A DNA stretch of 64,000 nt from Balanoglossus misakiensis (taxonomy: Eukaryota; Animalia; Hemichordata). Shown in pieces: positions 1 through 11,898 of the stretch. Numbering within the stretch: the stretch's first letter is position 1; every line of letters begins with the position of its first letter. The stretch spans positions 8,001,129-8,065,128 of the forward strand of contig CM082576.2 of assembly GCA_040954595.2 (NCBI GenBank). Reading direction: 5' to 3'. The position numbers and the translations under genes were made by a program. The notes below the pieces were generated by a model, which saw nothing but the letters and a program-made list of their open reading frames with translations, was not told where the DNA came from and made no database searches.

Positions 1-2150
1 AATGTGTAGATTTACTCTCTGTGAACTCGGCTCATTCAACTCTGCTCCCAAACTTGCATCACCAGACAGAAACTGGGTTGCAGTCATGTTTTTTTTTATA
101 CTATGCATGTGTGCTAGCTTCAATGCAACAAGAAATAAAAACAAAGCAAAAAAATATATTCCCCTTCTAAGGCAGTCAATAATAACATGAACCCTGATAG
201 CACACGCTGTTGTAATCTCCAGTATTATACAGATGTGAAACTGCTATGGAATTGTTCTGGCATGTTATAACGTGGAACCTCTAGTGGTGGAACACTCTGA
301 AATAATTTATACGGAGGAAATAAAGTCTTTGAGATTTCCCTCCCTTTACATTGTAAACTTCTGAAGATATACAAATTTGGAACACTCTTTTTCTGCCAGA
401 TGTACATTTTTAAAGAAAGTTGCCCCTGATGTTATTTAATATTGAGTGTACATTGACTTATGGATTGACTTTCGACCTAGGGGCAACTGTGAGGCAATTA
501 CGGACAAAATAGAGTTTAAAGGCATGTAATATAAAGCTCCAAATGTGTACTTTTTAAAATATTACTGTAATAATGATAATAAAAACTCTGATTAAAATTA
601 CCGATTTTATCTCGTTTGTGGTAATTTCTGAAGGTGTGGGTGTGTTGATGCAGAGATAGAAGAACAAAACTATTGTCTGTAGTTGATGCAAAGGGAATGG
701 TGACCAGACAGCACTGTGATCACCGTGGCAACGTACAGCACACCCAGTGGTGGGATGAAGAAAGGGAAAAGCAGTTCTTGGACTTAGAGGGCAGCGTTGC
801 ACCAAGTTGACTAACACTGTCAGTGCTGTACAAAAATACCATAACCTACACATATGGTTGTATTAAACATCAAATGAATGAGATTTTTAAAAATAATCAC
901 AAACATATGTTTGTGTCAGAAATATCTGTCAGTGAGGCATGTTTGCCTGAGTGTAAGTCAATAGCTCTCGCGTGATAGAAATGGAAATAGAATTTTCCTG
1001 TTTGAATCACTGGAGTGATTGCCTTCGTTAGACATTTATACACCAGGCTGACTGAGATATACCAAACACACCTTGACAATTCTACAAATATCTGAAAAAA
1101 GAACCTTTATTCTATCAACTACAATTAGGTACAGTATTTTGAAGCCGAAAATACAGAATTTTTGTCCATTTTTAAAAATATCAAAAACTTCAGATAATAA
1201 TTCTTATTTATATACCTTTGCAGTAAACTACCCACATCCCAAAAGCATCAGTATATTTCAAGCAGTTGTGACAAGTACAGTTACTGGAGAGGGAATTGTC
1301 CAAAGATGGTGGCATGCTGACTACGCTTAAGAAAATTACCGGTACATGTACAACAAGTGTAAAGGTTTTTGGCTTTTGTGTAAGAAGCCATGTTTGAAAT
1401 CTATTGTAACTCTTTATCTTTCTCTCAATGCCAGCGAATAAATTCTAGTTTTAAACTGTTACTACACTACATAATTTTTTAAATACAATATCACAATTAA
1501 CACATCAGTATCTTGGTATGATTGGTTATAGGTATGGGGAATGAGGAATTGGAATAAAATGATCCAGTTCTAGGACAGTTACCCCTGACAGATGCTGCCA
1601 ACATACTGCTTATACAGTGGACACCCGGTAGAGTTAATTGCAGTCCATGATGTCATTCAGATAGTCAAGGTTCCTCACTGGCTAAGTGACATTCAATATA
1701 TTGCAGTAGTCACCATGCAGTAGTAACCATGGACCTCAACAAAGGCCACAGAGGCAAATGGTCCACTGTATGTATCAGGTCAGGTGGCTGTGTCCTGCCA
1801 ATTACATGTAACAGCACATGTGCTTTGGGGACCATTTCTACGAGGGGCGTGTGGCAGTAAGCGGGTTTCCAATCTCTGGGCAAATGTCTTGATCACAGAT
1901 ACACTGTGGGACAGACTGGTGCTGAATCATCTTCCTGGGACTCTCGGACTAAAACATTTCATTATCAATGATTCTTAGGGACCCTCTATATATTCACCCT
2001 GTCTGATTATACTCAGGAATAACTGTTGAACATTGATGCACAAATGCAGGATAGATTGTTCATGATAATACATGATTATGGAGTTCACTGTTGCAGATAC
2101 CAAGCTTCGCGAATTGCTCTTTGAAGAAAAACAGAATGGACAGATACATT

Positions 2151-2619
2151 TTACAAGAAAGCGTCGCACCAGTCTTTGAGACATTTGTAACAATCCCCAG
2201 CCTGCTTTTTATTTGCATTTGTCGTGTCTTTCAACCAATCAATGAAGAGCTCTTCTGACTTCTTGAGGACAAGGAACTGCCCAAGCACCACGTAGGCCTG
2301 TATGGAAAAAAAAGTTTCCAAGAATGAAACCATTATTCAAAAGTGTTCGACAATCGAGCCAGTATTCAAATGTGGGTTTGCAGATAAAAGAAGAAAAAGT
2401 GACTGTTTTCACTCTCTGATAAGACTCGGAATGTACAGTAGTTTGTTGAGTACAAGTATTTTTCTTTGTCATGTAACCTGAAGAAAGACCTACCTTATCA
2501 AAACCACTATCATCAAGCCTTTCTCCCAGCACAGGACCAATACCAGCCAATGCAGTCACCGGTTTATCTCCCATAGGTTCAGCTACAAAATCACGATGTT
2601 TTTGTGAGGTCGACGACAT
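2151..2619 (-). CDS. BANF1: Barrier-to-autointegration factor (BAF), 2 coding exons (2494-2619, 2151-2297)
   Basis: Spliced translation [42 protein letters not shown]|[48 protein letters not shown] is typical BAF. GT-AG intron 2298-2493. A probable 5'UTR exon donor (cttacc on +) lies near 3033-3038. Confidence 0.97.
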
Positions 2620-3039
2620 GATGGCTCGGAACTGGTGATGATTAAAAGGGGAAAAGGATGAAACTTATGATACAGTATCATTTGCACAAACAATATATGA
2701 ATTGTAATGATCCCCCCCCCCCTTACAGTAAGAGTTAGTATTTACCAGAGCTCTGATGAGTTGCTGAAGGAAATCTGAGTTCAAATGGCGAGAATACGAT
2801 CACAAAATGTCGATAACTACGAGGACATTGTACAAATTTGTATGTACGAAGCCATACAATCGCGACCGATCGTCTATTCACAAGAATCATGATCATGGAC
2901 CTGAAGTTGAACCTTTTGCTTTGTCATTTCCCAACCACTTTGGCCATCAAAATGCCGAACAGAGCTCGATTTGTGCAAGGGGCAAATAAGGATCTATGGT
3001 AGGCTACCTCTACCAATTCATCTGTAAGAATCCTTACCT

Positions 3040-3515
3040 TTTGATTAGTGTTTCGGTGCAGTAGACCGGACTTCAATCAAGGTGTGTGTCGATCTTCGCG
3101 CTAAACTGAAAGCAACTGAATTTCCGGATTTGAATAGCGCCACCACCACAAAGGTCAAACTTCAAAACGAGGCTGACCTTTGACCATTCGCTGATTGAGC
3201 AAGCTGTGTACAATATGTCCCAAACTTTGTCTGTCAACGTTTACGATAGTTTCTCATCTTTCCCCGTGAATTACACCTTGTAGTGGACGATTACTTTGCA
3301 ATTATGGAGTTGTAATTGCGTTTCCGTGGTGTTTTGGCTGTTTTCAGCCTGAACTTTAGGATTTTTTGACACTACTGCGTAGCACGCGGTGAACTCATAT
3401 TGAGTTGTGTTGAGCAATACCTCGACCTAATATTTTAATAGATTACCTGTCCGTGATATTTTATTTCACGAATTGTGTTAAATTGTTCGCGAAAGATTCC
3501 TGTGCATCCCCTAAC
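3040..3515. promoter_or_regulatory. Putative bidirectional promoter shared by BANF1 and EIF1AD
   Basis: Divergent start codons at 2619 (-) and 3516 (+). The interval is locally CpG-rich and has an ETS-like TTCCGG near 3122. Inferred from gene arrangement. Confidence 0.6.
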
Positions 3516-6500
3516 ATGTCCAAAGTGACTAAACGTAAACACGTTTTCGGAGAGGTCCTTGGCGAATATATCCTGCCAGAGGAATCTCAGCAGATTGTCA
3601 AGGTATGTCATCTCCATCGTCCATGATTGATCATATATTGTATGTACATAACATGTATGTATCAATATAATGATAGATATACAGACCCGCCAATAAGTAT
3701 TTACGCACCTTGAAAATGTACGTTTGACATGAAAAATTATTCACAAAATCGATCGACTGTAACTTATTTCCGAAAATAAATAACCTACGGAAGGTTTAAC
3801 CCATTTTAGTCAACACAGATGTGTTGCCGCGCCGAATTTGACTGTATACGCGGCGAGTTTTCCGGCCAGTGAAAATTCCTATGGTTATTGCAATGGCGGT
3901 ATACTCATTAACATATCATTTGCATCTCATTAACTTTTCGCGCCATTGTTTCCGTGGCTAATTTCCCTCTATTCATATTTAAATCTCCACCAATCAGAGC
4001 TTTTAAATATAATTACGATTAAATTTGGGGGCGGGAAAATCTGCCAGACTTGCTTATGAATATTCTGATCGAGGTCGTCGGAGGTTGCTGCATAATTTTT
4101 GTTTGTAAACATTGGATCAATGAAACCATGCCCAAAGTTCGCGAACTTCCTGAATTTGTGAAAGGTCAAATTGAGGCACTGCATAGGCAAGGTTTGAGAA
4201 ACCGAGAAATCGCAAGGCAGCTTGGAATCACCGAAGGCAGCGTCAGGTACAACATTCGGAAACTTGTTCAAAATGGTAGCACGGACAATTTACACCGATC
4301 TGGACGGCCAAGGCGAACAACGGAACGGGAAGACCGAATGTTGATTAGATCAAGCCTGACGGACAGGTTTAAGACGGCCCGTGACCTCCGCGCTAAGTTT
4401 CACGAGGATACCGGGAAACTTTTGAGTATGAGCACAATCAAATCCCGATTGTATAGAGGAGCCAGACTCCGTGGATGTGTGGCCAAAAAAAAGCCGAAGT
4501 TACAACCCCGGCATATCGCAGCGCGACTACGTTTCGCCCGACGTTATGTGAACTGGACACCTGTTCAGTGGTCCCGGGTTGTTTGGTCAGACGAGTCTAA
4601 GTTCACCGTGTATAGGAGCCGGGGGAGAGTTTTTGTTAGACGGCGACCTGGCGAGGAGTACGAAATTGACTGTATCAGTCCCACAGTAAAGTTTGGTGGT
4701 GGCAGTGTTATGGTTTGGGGGTGTTTCTCGGCTGCAGGTGTGGGTTCGCTCGTTCGAGTCGAGAACACCATGAATCGCTGGAAGTACCTGGACGTTCTAC
4801 AAAACGAAATGTTACCATCGGCTTTGAGACTCGTCGGGCCCGATTTTGTGTTCCAGCAGGATAATGCCCCTGTACATACTGCCTTGGCTGTGAAATCATT
4901 TCTGCAAAATCCCCAGGATTACGGCTATCCGTTTGACAATTTTACTACGTTGGAGTGGCCAGCCCAGTCTCCAGATTTGAGCCCCATCGAGAACATGTGG
5001 GAGTTAATCGACTTGGACGTTCATTCCCGTCCAATTCACAGCATCGACGACCTGTTTGACCGCATTGTAACATCTTGGGAACAATTCCAGCAAAATATGT
5101 GTCGGAAACTCGTCGACACTATGCCCAAGCGCCTGCGAGAGGTCATCAGGAGAAGGGGTGGACATACCCATTATTGACAGTTGTTACGTTCGATTTCACC
5201 TCATGAATATTCATGACGTTCTTTGCATTGTTGTTCCCATAGAGAATGGAACGTTTCGCCGACTCCGCCGCATATCTATATTTACGTCAATATTTCTCGC
5301 TCAAATTTAATCGCACATGAAAGATTTTCGCTGTACAACTGTTGTTTCTCGTGAATTTATTAAATATTTTTGAATTTTCGCTAAAAACTGTCTGCAAGGT
5401 GTGTTATTTCATGTTTTTGAAACGTTTTCGCTGCAGAACGTGGGTGCGTAAATACTTATTGGCGGGTCTGTATGTTAAGAAATTGCACACAACCACTTCC
5501 TGTCCACATGATGTATACATGTGTACTTGTATATATTTCATATGCATGTATACACACCTTTTAGCTGCTTGATATTTGCTTAATTTTTTTATCTGGCAAA
5601 TGATAACTTTTCAGCATTGTTTGTTTTCTATGGTTAAGGTCGCTGCACCACGTGGCAATAACCTTCATGAGGTCATAACTCCAGAAGGTGAAAAATATCT
5701 TGCAAGTATGCCAACCAAGTTCAGAAAGAATGTCTGGATTAAAAGAGGTATGTCCAAGAAAACTTTTAAAGTATACTTGAATACTTACATCGCTGAAAGT
5801 ACTTCCATGTCCCTACATGGGCAATAAAAATATATATACACTTGCTTTCTTAGTTTTGCATGTATTTTATTGTATTCTCTCTTGCTCCACAGGGGATTTT
5901 GTCATCGTTGACCCAATATCAGAAGGTGACAAAGTGAAAGGAGAAATTTCTGTAATCTTGTACCCAAAGCAGATCCGATACATCAAACAAGAGGGAAAAT
6001 GGTATGACTTTTAATAAGGCTACTGACCATATCTTCTGATATATGAAATAGACCACTGGCAGATTTAGCATGTCCTTGTCATCTTACAAATTATGGGTCA
6101 TGGATTTTTTTTATATCTCAATTTTGCCACAATGAATGTTCTGAATGTCATTCATCCAAAATGTTACACATGTATTCTACAGTTCAATCTAAAATGTTAA
6201 CTGGTCAAAAATGGATACACGTACCTGCTGCTTGTTAGAACCACAGCATCCCAATATTTTACTCATTTGCTTATTTTGTTCAGGCCCGTGGAATTCTCGG
6301 ACAAACAGCGTTCAGAACCTGCAGCACTGCCACCCAGTCAGTCGGAGAAGCATGCCGGCAGCGAGGGCGACGAGGAGGAGGACAGCGAGGAATCGGACAA
6401 TGATGATGATTTGTTTGTCAATACAAACCGACCCAACGTCTTCTATGAAGAATCAGACGATGATAGCAGTGATGATGATGATGAAGATAATGATGATGTA

Positions 6501-6593
6501 GGAGTAGATAGTTATAGAGATGATAGCGTAGAGGATGATATACCTGATACGAACGAAAATAAGGATGAATTTGAAGAGACTGTGGAGAAGTGA
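3516..6593 (+). CDS. EIF1AD: eIF1A domain-containing protein, 4 exons (3516-3602, 5639-5747, 5893-6001, 6284-6593)
   Basis: [10 protein letters not shown]...QQIVK|[12 protein letters not shown]...[18 protein letters not shown]|[18 protein letters not shown]...W|PVEF plus acidic tail with DLFVNTNRP are EIF1AD hallmarks. All introns GT-AG and phases consistent. Confidence 0.95.
3682..5470 (+). mobile_element. Full-length Tc1-like DNA transposon (1789 bp) in EIF1AD intron 1
   Basis: Perfect 28-bp terminal inverted repeats CAGACCCGCCAATAAGTATTTACGCACC (3682-3709) and its reverse complement (5443-5470). TA target duplication at 3680-3681 and 5471-5472. Encloses an uninterrupted transposase ORF. 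Confidence 0.97.
4128..5177 (+). CDS. Tc1-family transposase (349 aa from MPKVREL), DD42E catalytic triad
   Basis: N-terminal HTH region (REIARQLGI), GRPR motif, [42 protein letters not shown] and C-terminal RGGHTHY. No stops or frameshifts. Confidence 0.96.
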   Translation: MPKVRELPEFVKGQIEALHRQGLRNREIARQLGITEGSVRYNIRKLVQNGSTDNLHRSGRPRRTTEREDRMLIRSSLTDRFKTARDLRAKFHEDTGKLLSMSTIKSRLYRGARLRGCVAKKKPKLQPRHIAARLRFARRYVNWTPVQWSRVVWSDESKFTVYRSRGRVFVRRRPGEEYEIDCISPTVKFGGGSVMVWGCFSAAGVGSLVRVENTMNRWKYLDVLQNEMLPSALRLVGPDFVFQQDNAPVHTALAVKSFLQNPQDYGYPFDNFTTLEWPAQSPDLSPIENMWELIDLDVHSRPIHSIDDLFDRIVTSWEQFQQNMCRKLVDTMPKRLREVIRRRGGHTHY

Positions 6594-8559
6594 CTTTGAG
6601 AATTTATTGCAACACAGCAGGAATTCCTTGGCTGTGTTCAGTGCAATGTAGTGAAACTCTGACTTCATAATTCTTGACTTCTTACATGCTTTGTTTTACC
6701 TTTTTTCTGATAGTAATGGTGTAATTCACCACAGTATGATGAAAAATTCACTCAGTGATTTGATGTAGAATTTATATTAGAATGCCTGAAGTGTATGTCT
6801 CTTACCAGATTAATTGAAATACATGTTTATAACAGCAGGTCATTTGTGCTGTGAAACTTGTGTGTTATATTTGCCACTTGGCATGAATTGTTAGACTTTC
6901 TCTTTTGCATTGTTAATGTAAATGTTTACATATAAGGAGCAGCATAATGACAAGTATTTTCAAATAAATTATGAAGAAATATTCAAACGCATAACTGTTT
7001 CAGCTTGTATTCTTCCCATATGATCTACCATCTTTACCTGATCATTTTTTTGTGGATGGGTCCTTGGCATAAAGATTGGGCTCCATTCATCCATCTGTAA
7101 TGTCTGTGTGTATGCCCCCTCCCCAGAGTATCAGGAAATAAAATAAACAACAACAGATAATACATTTTCAGTTTCAATTTGTTTATTGCCTAATTTTTTT
7201 CGTGATTACCTTGGTCTTTGGACTACGTTAGACTGCCACCAACAGTTGCAAAAATTGAAGCTCCTCATCAAGGAGGTTCGAAGACATCTGTCAGATATGA
7301 GGTCAGACTTACAATTATTACGGATGGCAAAACCAGAATTTAATGTGTCTGACTCTTACGGGAGCATAATTGGTGTATTTTTTGTGAACCTTCAGAACTC
7401 CTGAAGCTGTCGGTGGCAACCTGTTGTAGCTGAAATTTGTGTGAAAGTAAAATAAATTCTTCATGCCTTCGGTGTTCTTACAGGCAGCATGTATATACCA
7501 TAATTGTCATTGGTGGAATATTATGAAAAGCATACTGACTTACAAAACTTGATATCGGAAAAAAAAATTACATTTCTCACAGTACAGAAAAAAGGAAACT
7601 GACGTTTGCTTTGAATTCGTCAAAATTACAAGACTTGATGGTGAAATACATTTCTCACAGTACAGAACTTTGTCACTTCAGACTTACAAATTCATAATGA
7701 TATTCTTTGAAAGATTTTTTTTCTGACAAATTTTCATTCTCTTGATCTTGAAATCAATGCATGGCTGAATCTCAAAATTGACTTTTCCTGGGGGCTTCCA
7801 CAACACATGGTTGGTTTGGCTACCACGGTGATCTTATTTCGAAGTGATCTTTGATGTTACATATTCAGTTTATGAGGAAACCAGACGACTAGATGGTGGT
7901 TTCACAAACATTCCATTTTGATGCACCTGTTTGATGAGCTGTAGGTGCCTATTGTCTTACATCATTTGGTTTGCAAAGTGTGACCGTCTTTTGATGTCGT
8001 CGTCTTTTGATATTGTCATGGAAACTTGTAGGTCACATCACACAATGCCTATGTTTGCTTTCAGGTAATGTAAACATCGATGGTCATGATGCCAGTTCAG
8101 ATTTCATCAGGTTTCAAGAGGTAACTTCACGACTCAAAAAAATTGATCTTTCTCATTTTTTGTAGCAATACGATTAAGATTAGCCTTTTCAGATGGTTCT
8201 TTCTTTGGTTACACTACACTGCTTGAATTGCTTGATCACTATATGAAAAGATACTGCACTAATGATTATTTCCAATTGGGTGGGATATTTTTCTGCCCTA
8301 CTGCATGGTGGATTTCGCAAATGTAAACTTCTTGATATTTAGACTGAAATTTCTGATTTTATTAAATTTCCAAATGAGGTTCAGGGAACTATCTGTGATG
8401 TCATATGATTATTTCATTTTACATTTGTCTTTGCTGTGATATTTTAACTGATGTACTCTCTAGATAAATATTATTTCTTTGGTGTTATTTTGCCATTTAC
8501 TTCCTTGCTGTTGTTGCCAATGTAACACAGCCCAACCCTCCCTGTTTCTATGCCACGTA

Positions 8560-10425
8560 CTGTGAATCCCAACAATATCCATCCCATGGACTATTGTCAG
8601 CCAATAACCAATTACACTCACCATAACCTCATAACCACCATTTTACAAACCACTGTGACCAAACAATATCCATCCCATGGACTATTGTCAGCCAATAACC
8701 AATTACATTCACCATAACCGTTTTACAAACCACTGTGACCAAACAATATCCATCCCATGGACTATTGTCAGCCAATAACCAATTACATTCACCATAACCG
8801 TTTTACAAACCACTGTGACCAAACAATATCCATCCCATGGACTATTGTCAGCCAATAACCAATTACATTCACCATAACCGTTTTACAAACCACTGTGACC
8901 AAACAATATCCATCCCATGGACTATTGTCAGCCAATAACCAATTACATTCACCATAACCGTTTTACAAACCACTGTGACCAAACAATATCCATCCCATGG
9001 ACTATTGTCAGCCAATAACCAATTACATTCACCATAACCGTTTTACAAACCACTGTGACCAAACAATATCCATCCCATGGACTATTGTCAGCCAATAACC
9101 AATTACATTCACCATAACCGTTTTACAAACCACTGTGACCAAACAATATCCATCCCATGGACTATTGTCAGCCAATAACCAATTACATTCACCATAACCG
9201 TTTTACAAACCACTGTGACCAAACAATATCCATCCCATGGACTATTGTCAGCCAATAACCAATTACATTCACCATAACCGTTTTACAAACCACTGTGACC
9301 AAACAATATCCATCCCATGGACTATTGTCAGCCAATAACCAATTACATTCACCATAACCGTTTTACAAACCACTGTGACCAAACAATATCCATCCCATGG
9401 ACTATTGTCAGCCAATAACCAATTACATTCACCATAACCGTTTTACAAACCACTGTGACCAAACAATATCCATCCCATGGACTATTGTCAGCCAATAACC
9501 AATTACATTCACCATAACCGTTTTACAAACCACTGTGACCAAACAATATCCATCCCATGGACTATTGTCAGCCAATAACCAATTACATTCACCATAACCG
9601 TTTTACAAACCACTGTGACCAAACAATATCCATCCCATGGACTATTGTCAGCCAATAACCAATTACATTCACCATAACCATTTTACAAACCACTGTGACC
9701 AAACAATATCCATCCCATGGACTATTGTCAGCCAATAACCAATTACACTCACCATAACCTCACAACAACCATTTTACAAACCACTGTGACCAAACAATAT
9801 CCATCCCATGGACTATTGTCAGCCAATAACCAATTACACTCACCATAACCTCACAACAACCGTTTTACAAACCACTGTGACCAAACAATATCCATCCCAT
9901 GGACTATTGTCAGCCAATAACCAATTACACTCACCATAACCTCACAACAACCATTTTACAAACCACTGTGACCAAACAATATCCATCCCATGGACTATTG
10001 TCAGCCAATAACCAATTACACTCACCATAACCTCACAACAACCGTTTTACAAACCACTGTGACCAAACAATATCCATCCCATGGACTATTGTCAGCCAAT
10101 AACCAATTACACTCACCATAACCTCACAACAACCGTTTTACAAACCACTGTGACCAAACAATATCCATCCCATGGACTATTGTCAGCCAATAACCAATTA
10201 CACTCACCATAACCTCACAACAACCGTTTTACAAACCACTGTGACCAAACAATATCCATCCCATGGACTATTGTCAGCCAATAACCAATTACACTCACCA
10301 TAACCTCACAACAACCGTTTTACAAACCACTGTGACCAAACAATATCCATCCCATGGACTATTGTCAGCCAATAACCAATTACATTCACCATAACCTCAT
10401 AACAACCGTTTTACAAACCACTGTG
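8560..10425. repeat. Minisatellite: 13 x 80-bp units (8641-9680) then 8 x 91-bp units (9681-10408), partial units at both ends
   Basis: 80-bp unit TTTTACAAACCACTGTGACCAAACAATATCCATCCCATGGACTATTGTCAGCCAATAACCAATTACATTCACCATAACCG, nearly identical copies. The 91-bp variant adds about TCACAACAACC and usually has ACACTC instead of ACATTC. Confidence 0.97.
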
Positions 10426-11129
10426 GGTTTCATATGAGATGTCCCTCATCTATAACCAACCCCAAAATACTTACCTTTCTGTGTTACATTGGGCATTTAC
10501 GTATACTTACCTGTATGGCAAATGATATGGCACATGCAGCAGCAAAGATATTGATACAGTATAAAGGCTACGCAATCACAATACATGATTTTAGAAATTT
10601 AGATGAAGTTTGTGAATCATTAGTATATTTTGGTATTATTATCTTCTGAACCACAGCAAACATAAGCTTCCATATTCCTAACCTACATACATAGATGTTT
10701 TTTTTTTTTAATTCAATTCTGATGTCACTTTAACATCACACAATTTCTACAGCATAATGGTCACACTTGACAAACAGATGCATTAATTATGATCTTTTCT
10801 GTCACTGATATTACTTCACTTTATAAATTTTTAAGTTCTGCCTGGTTTCCTCATAAAACTGTCTACTTTGCTTATTATTAAATGTGAACATACTTTCATT
10901 CCTTTGAAACTTCGATATGTTGCAACAGAATTTGGTGTTACCTTGCAAACCCCCAGGAAAAGTCAATTTTGGCCACGAGTACATAATTCAAACACTTTTG
11001 TCACTAAATTTTTGTCTGACGATGATTGAGAGTGAACTAACATTTGGATGTTATCATATTTTTTTTATCAATTGGATTTTCAAATGTATTTTTAAATATC
11101 TTGTAGCTGTCTTCTAATATAAGGTGTTT

Positions 11130-11495
11130 CAATATTTTGAGAAATATTTACAATTTCTTTTTAACTGTTCATGTGGAAATTATTTACATTATTTACAGAA
11201 TTTGATAATTTGGATACGGCTGTGAATTTGATTTTTTTCATACATATATACATATCTTTGAATCGCATTTTTTTTTTCAATTTATAATTTCAAATGTCTG
11301 AATACTTGATGAGATAAAAAACACATATCTGTCTTTTGATATACCTGTATAATGAATTTCAATCTTTAGAGAAATATTTACAATTTTGTTCTTTTTCATT
11401 TGGAAAAATATTTACATTTAGTTTCATACATTTTGACATGATTTGGATACTGCTTTGACTTTGAGTTGTTTCATATTTACGCATATACACATGAT
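11130..11495. repeat. Degenerate direct duplication (~120 bp, copies near 11130-11255 and 11360-11495)
   Basis: Both copies contain GAGAAATATTTACAATTT...TATTTACATT...ATTTGGATAC...CATAT in the same order. Confidence 0.55.
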
Positions 11496-11898
11496 GAAGA
11501 AATTACATTGGAAGAATAGCTTAATTTTCAGAGTTGGTGTTATATTTCTACTTGTTGTAATTTGACCAAGATAATCACATTTTCTATTTTAATTGGAATA
11601 TTTTTTTTTTAAATTTTCTTCATTTTAATTTTTTCTTTGATTTTTAATGTTTTTAATTTTTTTTAGTATTTTTAGTATTTTTAATTGATTTGACTATATA
11701 ATAAGTTTACTTTGTATTTACAAATAAATAAAGGGGTCTGGAGCCCTTACTGTACCACTGTACCACACCTAGCCTGACAGTTACCACAACCTCAGATGAT
11801 CAACGAGGTTGTGGGAGCGGAATCTTTTTTTTTTTTTAGGTTGTAAGAAGACTCGTCTGAAAAACACTGCCAGGATATGGTGTGGTTGTGTGGTAGAT

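Noticed and set aside
4050-4127. N-terminal extension of the transposase in the ORF track ([10 protein letters not shown]...)
   Set aside because: Starts at a TTG; homology-like sequence begins at MPKVREL with a good Kozak ATG at 4128.
8560-10425. CRISPR-like or coding repeat array
   Set aside because: Units are contiguous with no unique spacers, there are no cas genes, the context is eukaryotic, unit lengths (80, 91) are not multiples of 3, and no ORF is listed over the array.
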